A stretch of DNA of 64,000 nucleotides from Thalia democratica (taxonomy: Eukaryota), in contig OZ241826.1 in NCBI GenBank assembly GCA_965202585.1, positions 81,344,001 to 81,408,000 of the forward strand, given 5' to 3'. Below the pieces are notes generated by a model. The model was not told where the DNA came from and searched no databases. It was given only the letters and a program-made list of their open reading frames with translations. Of this stretch, positions 1 to 12,311 are shown piece after piece. Positions within the stretch are counted from its first letter, which is position 1; every line of letters starts with the position of its first letter. Both the position numbers and the translations under genes were made by a program.

Positions 1-1108
1 ATAACAATTAAAAATAATTCGAAGAAATTACTGCATTAGTTTAAATATGTGAAAAAGACAGATCAGCATTCTAACAGGATATTTTTCTGAGTTTCGTTAT
101 AACTTGTTTTTTACAACAGTAAGTAATTATCTGAAAAAAGAGTGTCAAGAGTGCTTGGATTTAATAAGTTGGTTATATAATACCTATTTATTAAAAAAAC
201 TAAATGCGAATATTTTCCATTTTGTACAAAAGTAATGCACAGTAATTATCTAAAGTGTCATTTCTTTATAGCTTAGATATTCTTTTCAATATTTTTTATA
301 CCTCAGTTTCTTTTATAGTTTTTTTATTTGTAAATGTTATATTTTAGTGTGGATACATTTAAAATAACAAAGTAATAAGAAATAAGGTTAATTTGATTTT
401 TGTTTTGACACATTTTAATTTTTATAAATTTTCTATGCACACCAACTTAAAAAAATGTTTATATTTTAAACCACTTTTTATTTAATAATTTAGTTAGTTT
501 AAGTTTAGTTTGTGCATACTTTTCTAACATTGTTATTTAAACATGTCATATCTGAATTTGTACAGACACATTTGAAACAATATATATGACATAAGTTAAT
601 ATAGTTTTTGTTATGTATACATTCCATTTTTCAAACATTGTTTTTTTCAAGCTAAGTTATTTTTATGCCTTGCATATCAATACACACAATTGCTGTTTTT
701 TCGAGCTACCTATTTAATATAAACTAGATATAGGGATGGTAAATTTATAAAGTTTGTACATTGTTATTCAAAATAGTTCAAATTCAAGCAAATAAACTAC
801 TAAACATTGCCACACACTCAGACTATCACTATTTAAAGACTTCAAATCGAATCAAATCAAATCGGCCAACTAAGCTATTTTTAAGTTTTTGGCTAGAATT
901 GCTTTTTGTATACAAAAATATCAGGAATTTTTTTGTTGACTCAGGCTGGCTTTTTTGCTTGAAAGAGTGGCAAATTAAACTTATGATGTATGTTTGGCTC
1001 AATCCACAGTGTTACTTTGAGTTTTAATATATGTTAAATTTTAAGTCTTGCAGCTGATATAATTCAAAATATTAATTACATTATTGTGTACATTAAAGAA
1101 TGAACAAT

Positions 1109-1260
1109 CAGTGTTGCCAAAAAAGTTGAATCCCGGAAAAGCTTTGAATTTGTGAATTTACGGTTAAAAATTCTAGAAAAAAACTTGAATTTGAGAATTT
1201 TTGAAAAAACCTGGAATTTCGAACAGTTTTCACATTTAAAGTAATGAAATTTCGATTTTA
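1109..1260. mobile_element. Fragment of a hAT-like non-autonomous element (MITE)
   Basis: Begins CAGTGTTGCCA, followed by repeated AAAAA(C/G)(C/T)TGGAATTT/TTGAATTT motifs, like the CAGGGTTGCCA-type MITEs of animals. No right end or TSD found. Confidence 0.35.
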
Positions 1261-1384
1261 TTCAAAAAAATACCAAATAAATGTTTTTTTATTAAAGAAT
1301 ATATAAAAGTAGCTTATCAGTATTTTTTAATATTGATAAATGTTTTAAGACATTTTTTAAACTTTAATTAAACTTTATACTAAA

Positions 1385-2080
1385 AATAAAAGAAGGAATT
1401 GTACTTCCAAAAACTCCGTATTGGTACATTGCACCTTTACTTGAAAAATTTCACCGACTGTTGTGCTTCGCGTTGGAACTACACCAAGAAATTCTACTAA
1501 AATTTCAAAGTTAGTAAAAACATCTCTAATAAAAATTCTCAGATGAGCAATAGTTTTTCTATCAGTGCTGTCATGTTAACAGTTTGATTAAAGTCCTAAT
1601 TTGATTTATGCGACTTTATAACCTTAATGCATTTCCTAAACACGACTTCTTGTTGTCATTGAAGAAATAAACAAAAGTTTTTCTTTACCGCCAACATCAA
1701 TTCTTTATAAAAGTTTTCAATTATAAACGATAACTCATTTTAGGTAATAAATTTTGCTACTTTATTACTTGACTTAACAATTCTTGATTATTTTGTAGTT
1801 ACTGAAAATAAAAATGTGCTTTGTCGGAAATGACTTTGGTAATTTTTTTATATTGTTTCTCGCGATAACTCCTAACGAACGCTTTTTTTATTCTTGTAGC
1901 TCGTCTTATACTTTACAATTAATGTTTTTAAATGCAATATTCTTATTGCAAATAAAGAATTGCTATCATGCTTAATAAAAAAATTTCTTCTTCGCTAATG
2001 ACTCAATAAAATTTTATACTTTTGTTAAACTTGTTTAGGAAACTCAATTGTCCATTCCAGCTGACTTATATAGTTTTGGC
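1385..2080 (-). pseudogene. Decayed hAT transposase (GTF2IRD2/SPIN-Charlie-like)
   Basis: Minus-strand translation gives DSTDRKTIAHLRIFIRDVFTNFEILVEFLGVVPTRSTTVGEIF (compare hAT DESTD..AQL.IFIRGV..F....E.LGL.P...TT.G..IF) and upstream ENFYKELMLAV (compare GEFVKECML). Multiple stops and frameshifts. Confidence 0.6.
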
Positions 2081-2974
2081 ATGTAATTTATTTACTATTA
2101 ATAACCTTTGTTATTTCTTTATGTAGTGAACTTTATATTAACTGGATTGCTACACAAACAGGCTATTTTAAAAGCTTAAAAACTCAGGTGTGTGTGAAAC
2201 TTTTATTTCAAACACATTTAAGAAATCTTCCGTTTCTCACAATAGTTTTTATGACTGTTGTGTAGTTTACTAATTGCATTTTTTTCTTGTTTTCTTACAC
2301 TTTGTGTACTTTTTGATAATGATGATATTTTAACTAGGTATTTTAGCTTGATTAACAACTATTTATTAGCTTTTTCAAATTTTAATAAATTTAAGCTGGT
2401 TTGATACATTTTAGACATTTTTGCTTTTTAGTGGCAACCATGTAAAAGTCTAATTACTAATAAAATATTTTATTAAAGTGTTTGAAAATTAATTATGTTA
2501 AATTATTTCTTTTAGCTTTCTGGAATACAAACAGGTATTAATTTTATTATTTTAACTAATTACTAAATTTCTTAATGAGTGTAAATTATTTAACTCGCAA
2601 AAACTTTTTTCGAAGTAAATATTCTTAGAAATATGAAAAAGTGTTGACGATATTACAAATGTATAAAAGTAACCCATAAATTGTCTTTCAAGTTAGGTTT
2701 TTATAGAGAGTTAGGTTGTAAGTAAAATTAAAAAAGTATTAAGTTTAACTTATTAAGTGCTTATGAAAGTACATATTTTATTAACAATATTAGTACATAT
2801 TTATTAAAGTATATTAGTCAATGTAAATCATAATCTAATGAAAATTAAAATGAATAGGCATTCTATGTATAGCTTAAAGTCATTTTAAATAATAAGGTGA
2901 ATAAAAAAAAACTTTTCTCTAGTGTGACTAAAACTAAAACTATAAGATTATTCAATTGTCACTAAAACTAAAAC

Positions 2975-3041
2975 TGCGGCCCGCGAAGACTTTGGAAACT
3001 TGCAATTTGGCCCGCGACCACCAACTGCCTGCCGACCCCTG
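2975..3041. mobile_element. Right end of a hAT MITE
   Basis: GGCCCGCG repeats ending in GCCGACCCCTG (reverse complement of the TIR CAGGGGTCGGC seen at 15401), followed by AACTAGAA, which resembles the NTCTAGAN Charlie-type target. Confidence 0.55.
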
Positions 3042-4099
3042 AACTAGAACGATGCCGACATTTAATAAGGGGATTGTTGAAAAATATTTTATCATGCGTT
3101 GTCAAGGCGTTTATATAAAAACTAAACTCGATGGCGAATCTTAAAGTAGCTCAGTGTAAAAAATTATGTTTCAAAAAAGAAAAAAAATGATTACAGTACT
3201 TAAAACTTGTTTCACACATTTTAGTTAAATGTTTAGGTAATCTTAATATTAAATTTTTATACATATTGTTAAAGACGATTAAATTTAAACTTAATACTTG
3301 TTCTCTTCTCTCGGAGAAAATGAATCAGGTTTTAGTTAAAAACCTAACGCTGTAAATAGTACTATAACCTTGTGTTTATGTATTTTTTGTACCCCTTTGG
3401 TCATAACTTACAATAATTAACCTTTCTTAACTATTTTCATTTACTAATAGAAACTTTTTTCTCTAGCAGTCACTTTTTTTTTATAGGGTATAACTCAATT
3501 TATAATTCGATTTCATTTGTAAGACAAATTTCCTCAGTAAGTAATACTTATAGTTTCAGTGTTTTTAAATTTCCTTTTTACCCTGTCCAATGATAATGAG
3601 GTTGGTGCTTTAGTATATAAATGTTGTAATTGTTGATTGAAAATTTAAGGTTCTTGATGTACTTTACTGTTTGTCTCTATTTTACTGTATTTGTGATAAT
3701 TTAAACAAATTATATTTCTAACTAAATAGTGCATATTCCCGTTAGTACAGAAAAAAATTGTGTAAAAGTGTACTTTATTTTTCTAATTATTTTAACTTAT
3801 GTTTCCTAGTTTTATATAAATTTAACCTTTTGTGTTTTTCTTTTCGTCTCTTTTCGTGTGTCTTTTAGTTTTAGTGACAAAGGTTTTGATGCCTGGTTCC
3901 AGCGTTGGGAAACAAGCTTGCAATAATAAAGTTTTTCATTCTCAATGTAACTGCTAATTTTATACTTGAGCTTTTACAACAATAAATAATAGTCTAAAGA
4001 AATTGTTCTATTCTAATAAGTGTTTAATAAAACGGAGCTTGAAATTTGGTTAAAATTTTAAGTTGCTACAGACTTTAGAAAAATACTGCCTAAGCGAAT

Positions 4100-4440
4100 A
4101 AAGAAAAATAAATCATAACATAGACAGAGCTATTTTTATTCTTTACTTTTGAAACCAATTCAGAATTCGCACCCTGGAGAACCGTCAGTGCACACTCCAA
4201 CAAGCTTACTACGACTAAATTAAGTTTTTGTCAAAAAATCATTCAGAACTTTAAAAAATCAACTGCTTTTGATGTTGCTTTCAGATGTTTGCAGAAAATA
4301 AACTCCTCATTGGTTCTACTATCACCAAAACATATTTTGTTTTTTATTGTTAGCTAAGAAAACTATAAACCAGAACTGTAAACGTGGTCTTATTTGGTTA
4401 AATAACCGTTGAGCTAGAACTTAGCAACACAAACTTTATA
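4100..4440 (-). pseudogene. Decayed hAT (Charlie/Buster, ZBED5/SCAND3-like) transposase fragment
   Basis: Minus strand reads NEEFIFCKHLKATSKAVDF...(frameshift) KLVGVCTDGSP...ANSELVSKVK, matching EEFLFC..L..TT.A.DIF...VGVCTDGAPAMLG..SG...VK. Confidence 0.7.
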
Positions 4441-5329
4441 TGATAGTTTAAAAACTTTTATATATTTATTGCACAATTTTGTTAACTATCGTTTGTAAAT
4501 AGATGTTTTATTTAGAAAAAAAATTACTCTTAAACAAGAAAATTTATCCTCTGGAGTAAATTTGTCAAAGGTTTGTAGTTGCTGCAACAGTGTAGGTATA
4601 TAACTTTTATAATTTAAAAGCATAAATTTGAAGTTTTAGTTATAAAATTTAATTGTAAGAAATTAAAATTTATAAATACTATAAACCGACATAGAAAAGT
4701 CCATTCTACCGCACTATTGGTCAGTTTGTTTAAAAATTACTTTCTTCGACACTTCCACCTTTTTAGAAGTCGTAAGTCATGATCGCCAGATTTTCATTCG
4801 GGAATGAAAATATTTTTTATTTAAAAAGTAAACATCTGTTTAGATTAGAACACGCATTAAGAAGTTTGTAAAAAAATGTAATTGTCTTAACCTTATACGC
4901 AAACATACAAAAAACCTTTAGATTATAACTCTTAAACATATTTTTAGCATAAGCTCGTTTTTATGACTTTTATATTGACATTTGATTTTTTAGGGCAACA
5001 ATTCAGACTTTTATCAGCGATTTTGATGTTTATAGAAGAAACGGTGTCTAAATAGGTGTATTTATTGTATGAACTTATAATTAAACTTATATTTGTAAAT
5101 AAATTTAGACTGCATTTTAGTGAGTTTTATTTGTAATTTTCTTTTAAAGTGTGTTTTAATTCGTAGAATATAATTTTACCAACAAGTATAAAGACGACAT
5201 CCAGACAAAACGTTTTAATTGCAATTTTTAAATTTACCAAGGTAGTAGGGGTTGTATATTAAAATAACTTTAAGAAGTCAGTTGATTAGATTGAATTTGT
5301 TCCTACAAAGTACTTTTTTAATTTTCAAA

Positions 5330-6898
5330 AAAGATCCGGATCCTAGCTGAGATTTGGCCTGACCATATCCAGTTAGTTTTGAATTTCCGCGATCAGCTTC
5401 TTTCAGTTTAGTTTTTTTTTAACTATTGTGATTTTGACATTTAATATACATTAAGTTAGTCAAGCGAAACAGGCTAATTAAAGTTTAGTTAATTCAATCG
5501 TTTGCTGTAAACATACAGGTACCTACATATATTTGAATAAAAATAGTGAATTGTTATTTTAAAGTTTATATAATTTAGTTCAATTTAAAAATTTGAATTT
5601 GTTTTTTAATAATTTTAATGTATTTCAAGTTGGTGAAAGTCTTTACATCTTAAATTTAACTATTTTAATCTAATTTAAATACATTAAATAATGTAAAAAC
5701 TCTATCATAATAGTTCTTTTGGTGTGTAGTTATTATAACTTTAAGAGGCAGTAAATGCTCAATTAAATGTTCATTCTTTAGTTTTTCATTTTAGAAAATA
5801 ACTTTCTTTTTAACCCTGGTTTAGATAAAAATATTTTAGTGAGAAGTTTAAAACTTTGTTTAATATCTGCTGACTATAACTATAAGTTATGACTATAACT
5901 TAAAGTTATATTAATAGTAACCTAATATTTTAGATACTTTGTTCTATATATATACATATAAATTATTTCTTAAGGATAATTTCTATATCAAACGAGAATG
6001 GGAGCCACAAACTCAGTATACTAAGTACACTCAGGATAATTCTAGTTATTTTTTTACTTGTTAAGGTTTTAGATAACTCAAGACACTAATACCTAGGTAC
6101 ACATTTAAAAAATAATATTAATAGCTAAATTAAAAAAAAAAGTCTGGGTAGTTTTAAGATTAAAAAGAAACTCACAACTGATTTTTCATTTAAGAATAAA
6201 ATAAACCAGTAACAATATTTTGTTATTACTTATTTTTATTTTGTATAACCAACTTTATCTAAATGCTTGATTATAAAAGTTAATTTAACTTTCTTTTCTA
6301 CTAGTTGCTATATCTTTTTACACTTTGACAAATTATCACAAATTTTGACAAATTATCAAAATTTAAGTTTAATAAACATCAAATTTAGCACAATTTACTC
6401 ATTTTTTTGTTATTTTTCAAAAGGAAAACTTTTATAAGGTAATATGTAGAAAGAGGAATATTTTTTAGGATATTTAAAAATCAGGATAACTCAGACTAGT
6501 TCTAGGTTACAAAATACAATTTTTAGTCTATCAGGACAGTTTTAAAACTTAACAGGCAAACATATTTAAATTTATGCTAAACATACTTTTTTTTTATACA
6601 GGGAGACAAAATAACCTAGAAACTTGCAATTTAAAAAGTTAATTTAACAAACCTGCAAAAATATTTAAACAATAACATTGTGTTTTTATTACTTGTATTA
6701 AACAGTTTATACTAATTAATAGTACTAAAATAATTATATTCTATAAGTTTGTTCTCTATTGCAACAACACAAAGCTTAGATTATGTAGAATACAGATCCG
6801 GTTGGACCCTAATTTGTAAAAACAGATACAGATTTTAATTTAAAATTAGATCCAGCCGGATCTAAATTAAAAAAAAAGTTGATCGGGTAGATCACTAT
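5330..6898. repeat. Two fragments (about 5330-5400 and 6790-6898) of a GATCCGG/CCGGATC-rich MITE-like repeat
   Basis: Shared AGATCCGG and CCGGATCT motifs; the second fragment ends in GATCACTA. Intervening DNA is AT-rich and unassigned. Confidence 0.3.
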
Positions 6899-8137
6899 TA
6901 TTGGCTACTGTCAGCTAAGTGTATTTGAACTTAACTAATTACATAAAAAAAATTGAAGAAAAATTCTACCTACTAGTTTATGAACAATACATAAAAATTA
7001 TTTGTTTGCATTGAACATCATTTTATTGTATGAGATCTTATGTTGAAAAAAATTAGAAATACCAAAGTTACACAACTTAAAAAAAAAACTTTTCATTTAG
7101 AAGTATTTTATAAAAAGTTTTTTAAAAATATTTTTAAATGGTATTGTATCTAACAGACAGTAATTTTTAACATTGAAAACCTTTGATCAAATCACACATT
7201 TAACTTGTTTTTAAAACATTAAAAAGAGCAATTTTACTAGTAAGTGTAACAATTTATTCAACAATTTGTGTAACAACTGTTCAAGCCTGCTATTAGTTTG
7301 TTTTCACAAATAGATTAGATTTTAAGCATTACCATCTTAACTATAACTCAAGTTAATCACTAATTTTTATCAATACTTCGTTTTTAGTTTCTTATGTATC
7401 AATATTTCATTAAACATGTTACCTTCACGATTTTGAATTCCGTTTTAATAGAATTTTCAAATTGTTAAAAGTTTAGAAATGTTTGTACCTGAGAAATTTT
7501 AAAGTGTATTATTAAAGCTACTTTATAAAATTTTTTATTAGTGAACATAAATATTGTGCATCCCGGCTGAAAAAAGTCTAGACACGTCCCTGGTGTACAG
7601 GAAACAATTAAAAACGCGCCCTGACTAGTTCTTCTACTTTATCGGGGAGTTTTTTAATTAAAAACTACAGAAAAAACATCAGAGTATGCTAAAAAATTAG
7701 CATTTTTGTTTCAAATTAAGTACTTTTAAGATAAATTAGAATATAAAAACAATAGTAAGTAACTAATTCATTTTATAAATAAATGGTCATATTTACTTTG
7801 TCTTAAAATGTAATAATATAAATTTTATTATAAAAAAAACAGTTTTACTTTACTAAGTTTTTTAAGTTATTCTACATTTAATGTTCTGCATGATTATTTT
7901 TTAATATGTGAAAATAGTACTTCTTATCTTATTTATGCTCCTAAATTGTTTTTTATTTTATCTAACTTTTAATAAACTATAGCTCGATACTACATAGTTT
8001 TAAAAACTTAATTAAAATGGGCTAAGGATTTGGTTGCTGTATTTTTTTTATATAGTTTATAATATTGGTTTTTTTAATTACAATAAATCTATAAAATTAA
8101 GTAGTTTAAACTTATACTAGTATTAAATCAAAACAGT

Positions 8138-8962
8138 ATGACAATATTAATAATGAATATACTTACAAACATTATAAAAAACGTTAACAAATACAAGAGA
8201 TAAAAGCTTGGTTGTGATTCAGACGAACGAAAATTCGTAAAAAGTTACCTTGACAAAACGACTGTTAATTTTAACCATTCGCGAAAAAGTTTAGCTGATT
8301 TTAACGTCTACAAGATAACGGAAAACAATCCAATAAAAATATTTGATGCAAAACGCAATAATTTAATGTTATTTCACGGTACAGCAGATGAAGGCGTAAA
8401 AAGAATAATAAAAGAAGGTTTTAAAAACTCTGAAAAGGGTTGGTTTGAAAAAGGTGTTTATATGACCGACTGTTCAAGAACTGCCTCATATTATTGTGAT
8501 CTTAAAAACAAATATATGTTCGTCAACGAAGTTTTTGAATCAGATAGTCTACAAACCTTCAAAAACGGGGATTATTATTCAATGGTTGATAGTGAATTCA
8601 AACCCGAGCACCAATTTGAAAAACACGTTTTCGAGGGAGGCCAGCAACTGACTGAAACAGAGTACAAGGATGATGCTCTGGGAAGAAGATACAGAGACGT
8701 TGCAGTGAGTTTTAAAAGTGAAGATGATGAGTATGTGGCAGATGAACGTGTTGTAGTTCCAAGATACTTGATTGTGATTGGTTCTCCACCGGAGTGTTTG
8801 TATGAAGACAAAATTTCGAATGTTGAACGTGAACTGAACAAAGGTGGATCTTCGGGCCTTGGTTATATTTATATTTATAGTGAAGCTTGGTACGTTAAAT
8901 ATCTACAGGTTAAATTTTTTGACGTTGTCGATGAACAAATTAAAAAACTGATGATTTTGTAA
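8138..8962 (+). CDS. PARP-like ADP-ribosyltransferase catalytic-domain protein (one in-frame TAA at 8201-8203; status uncertain)
   Basis: ORF 8366-8962 has FHGT, GF.NS..GWF.KGVYMTD and DEYV..PRYLI, i.e. the H-Y-E ART/PARP triad. The frame is open back to 8204 and, past one TAA, to an ATG at 8138. The AG at 8205-8206 could instead be a splice acceptor. Confidence 0.75.
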
Positions 8963-10969
8963 AATTATTTAGTGACTAGTTCATAAAATTAGTGAAAATA
9001 TATTTTATTTAACTTTGTTTATTGCAGTATAGGAAACATAGTTTTGTATTTGTAAAATTTTAAAAACTTTTCTTTTCGTATGTTTTTAATAAACTTTATT
9101 AACATCAGTCTACTATATATAAAATTTTTAACAATTGTATAACTCTTAATGCATTTATATAAAATAATTAGTTATAAAATGTACAACAATTCACTGTTTA
9201 AATATGTTAAGTACTTTATTCTAAATTTAAATATGTTTTTTATACATGATAATTTTATTTTAGATAGTATAAAAGTACTTATATTAAAATTTTACTATGT
9301 CATGACTTATCTAAGTATCCAAGGTTTTCGTACATTATTTGTATAATGTGTTAATACATAGTCATGAGATATTTTATGAAATAAATACTTACAGACACAA
9401 TCAAATAGTTATAAGCGTTTATTTAAGTTTTAAGTTTGCGATCGTTAAATAACTTGTAAAAAACTTAAATTAAATGGCCAAAATTGTTTTAAAAATATTA
9501 AATACTTTTGTTTCTATTATTTTCTTTGTAAATAATTAAAAGAATGGTTTAAAATAGCCTCAAATACTTTTATAAGACATCGTGTACTAATGTAAATAAT
9601 TGATTTTAGGTTATTTTTTGAACTATACATAAGTTAAGTTATGTTGTTATCAAGTCGATTGAAAATAAAATTACAAAAGTACTTAAGATTCCTGAGAATT
9701 ATAATATGTAAAAATACGATTTATAACTTAGTTGTCTTAAATAAGTGAAATGACATTGACAATTACTTAGAATCTATAAAGTTATTTAGTTTTTAAAGTT
9801 TTAACTTATTCGTTTTTTTTTGTCATTAAAACTACTAAATATAATGTACTTGAGAATAATTTTAAACTATAACTTTTAAAGCGAAGTACTTTTGTTGGTC
9901 AAACATAAAATATTCAGCGGGGGGTTTCCAAAAACTAACAATTTTAGTATAGGTTTTAAATAAAACTGAAGCTAATCATTAAACATTTTCAACTCTTAAA
10001 CTGTATTTTTAAACACCAAAGAAAACATCGGCAAAAATCTACGGAGCTAAAACCTGGGTATTTGTATGACGTGAGCAGAGTTGGTAAAATGCTAATAGTT
10101 ACTATGGTCATTCAGCATTGAAGCGTATAAACTTTGGTTTGTTTTAAGTTAGTAATTTCACGCTCGAGTAAACAAAGCAAAGCTTTTTAACATGTCTGGA
10201 CGTGAGATACTTGTACTGTATTTGTATGCTCAAGTTAACATATAAGTCTAATCGAATTCTTATATCTAGAGTTTATGTAAAACAAATAGGGTTATTTTTT
10301 TTTTAGTCGGACAATAAAAACTGTTGTCAGTTCAACTATTCTAATAACAATTTAAAAAATTTGATATTTAAAACCAGTTTTGTCAACTTAAGGACGTTTA
10401 TGTTAGATAAAACGTTTAAAATAAGTTATTTTAAAATAGGTCAGTAGCAATTGTTTAGCTAGTATATATTTGGTTTAAATTTTAGTCTAAACAGCATTTT
10501 TAGAGAACTTATTTGTTGCTAGTTATAAAAACCACAAACTAGTGAAAAATTTAGGTTTTAGTTAATGCATATCAGAATTTTCAAACCGTTTTTTTTTAAA
10601 CTAGTACCAATTTTACCTAAATATACTCTGATATGCTTGAATTTTCGAATATGCAACATTTTTGTTTTTGCTTATATTCTTCACACATGAATAAGTTTTT
10701 AAACAACAGTATAATTAACTAACATTGTTTTTAGTAAAAGACATTTAAGAAGATAGCTTTTTGAGAGTTATCTTAGTTTAGGAATTTACATAAGGTATTT
10801 AATTAAAAGCAGTTTATTTTTTGTTTAATGGAATAATTTAGCACAAGGTGTTTTTATATGATTGCCACATGTAAAACAATTTCCAGGTAAAAAAAGTTTT
10901 CCTGAGTAAAATATTAATATGAAAGTTTTCTTAAATCAGCTTGAGTTTTGCATATAGTGCTTTAGTTTT

Positions 10970-11191
10970 GGGAACCGCTCAGTTCCAACTCGCGATCAAC
11001 TCCCATCCGCACAATTCACACCCGATCAAATAAGAGATCCACTTGTCGAGTACGGGTAAGGTGGTTACATTGATAGTAAAAGAAATATAGTTAATGAAAA
11101 TGAAACAAAAAGATAAAAAATAACAATAAATAAAGAAAATATGTGAAAAAATTAGGTGGGAATTGATCGCGATCGGAAATTTTCAGTTACC
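10970..11191. mobile_element. ~220-bp MITE with imperfect terminal inverted repeats
   Basis: TTCCAACTCGCGATCAACTCCCATC (about 10983-11007) pairs with GGTGGGAATTGATCGCGATCGGAA (about 11155-11178); ends GGGAAC... and ...GTTACC. Family not assigned. Confidence 0.5.
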
Positions 11192-12053
11192 ATAAACCAA
11201 AAAATTCAACCTTGGAGTTTTCACCTGAAAGTTGTTTTACAGATTACAATCGTTATAACAACTTTTGTTCTTTTTCATCTTTGTTCTTGTGCAAAACTTT
11301 ACCTGGTCATCAAAACCTTCATAAATTGGCTGTTTTCCAATTTGTTATTAAGAAGACAACCATTTAAACTGTATTAACACAAAAATTGACCAACAATAAT
11401 AACCAAATAAGACCAAAAAAATGATAGTGTTATTTCAAATAAATTTAGTTTATAATTAACGCATATTAATACTTAACAATTTTATATAATAATTTACTCT
11501 TATAAGAACTATACTATTGTTTTTAATTTTTTTTGGTTATTAATTTCATAAAAATTACGGAGTGTTATCTTTCTTTGTTATCATAAAACATTATCAGCCA
11601 AATGCTGTCAGCACTTTAAGTGTGGCCGAATTCGCCCGTACATGGGCCACGAATATGCGTTTATACTTTTATTAACTTAAGTTTCTGCTAATAATCAATG
11701 TTTAACTTATTCATGGAAGCTAGTTAGATGCTAAATGCTTGTAAAGTTTATAATAAAAAGCCTCATTGTACTTTAGTTATTTACTGGACGACAAAAAAAG
11801 CGCTCAAAGGTCTGGTCCAAGAACTTAAAATTACAAATGAAACTAAATTTAGTTAGATATATTAAAACCATGTTGAAATTAAAACGCATCATTCATTTCA
11901 TGAGAAAATGTTTTAACAAGAAGTATATAAATATAAAAATACAACTTATTTTCAAAAAAAAAAAAAACTATTAAGTATTTAAAGTAGACATAAATATTTA
12001 CTAAAAGTTTATTTCAATAATTGCCTAATAGTGAAACAAACACAACACGATCG

Positions 12054-12311
12054 CTAATTTTTCTTCTTTTTCTTCTTCTTCGTCGGTATGCCGCTGTAGA
12101 ACTCGCTCGTGGGATCGTGCACCCGCTTGTTGGCGTTCCTGTGCTTCAAGCTGGCCGCGTGCTGTTCCGCCTCAGTGCTCATCTTGCTCATCGTCTTCAT
12201 CAGTTCGGCTTCCAGCTTGTTGGCGGGCTTCGACAGGTTCCGCTTCAGTAGTTTCACTTGCGCGTCGCCGAGGCACTTCTTAAGCGAGAGGATCATCTTC
12301 GAAGGTTCTTC
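12054..12311 (-). CDS. GC-rich terminal exon of an unidentified gene (helical, poly-Lys C-terminus)
   Basis: Acceptor CTCTCAG| at 12312, then open frame EEPSKMILSLKKCLGD...SEFYSGIPTKKKKKKKN*. 38/60 GC at 12121-12180 with G/C-ending codons. Upstream exons not resolved. Confidence 0.55.
   Translation of the reverse strand, partial: EEPSKMILSLKKCLGDAQVKLLKRNLSKPANKLEAELMKTMSKMSTEAEQHAASLKHRNANKRVHDPTSEFYSGIPTKKKKKKKN

Noticed and set aside
761-1027. Short AT-rich ORFs (761-1027, 9149-9346, 11156-11377, 15383-15577, 28602-28805, 51199-51420 and similar)
   Set aside because: Low-complexity F/L/I/K-rich translations, often starting at TTG/GTG, with no motifs. Expected by chance or overlapping MITEs.
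11620-11660. GCCCGTACATGGGC hairpin as a Helitron 3' end
   Set aside because: No CTRR terminus at the expected distance and no other Helitron hallmark.
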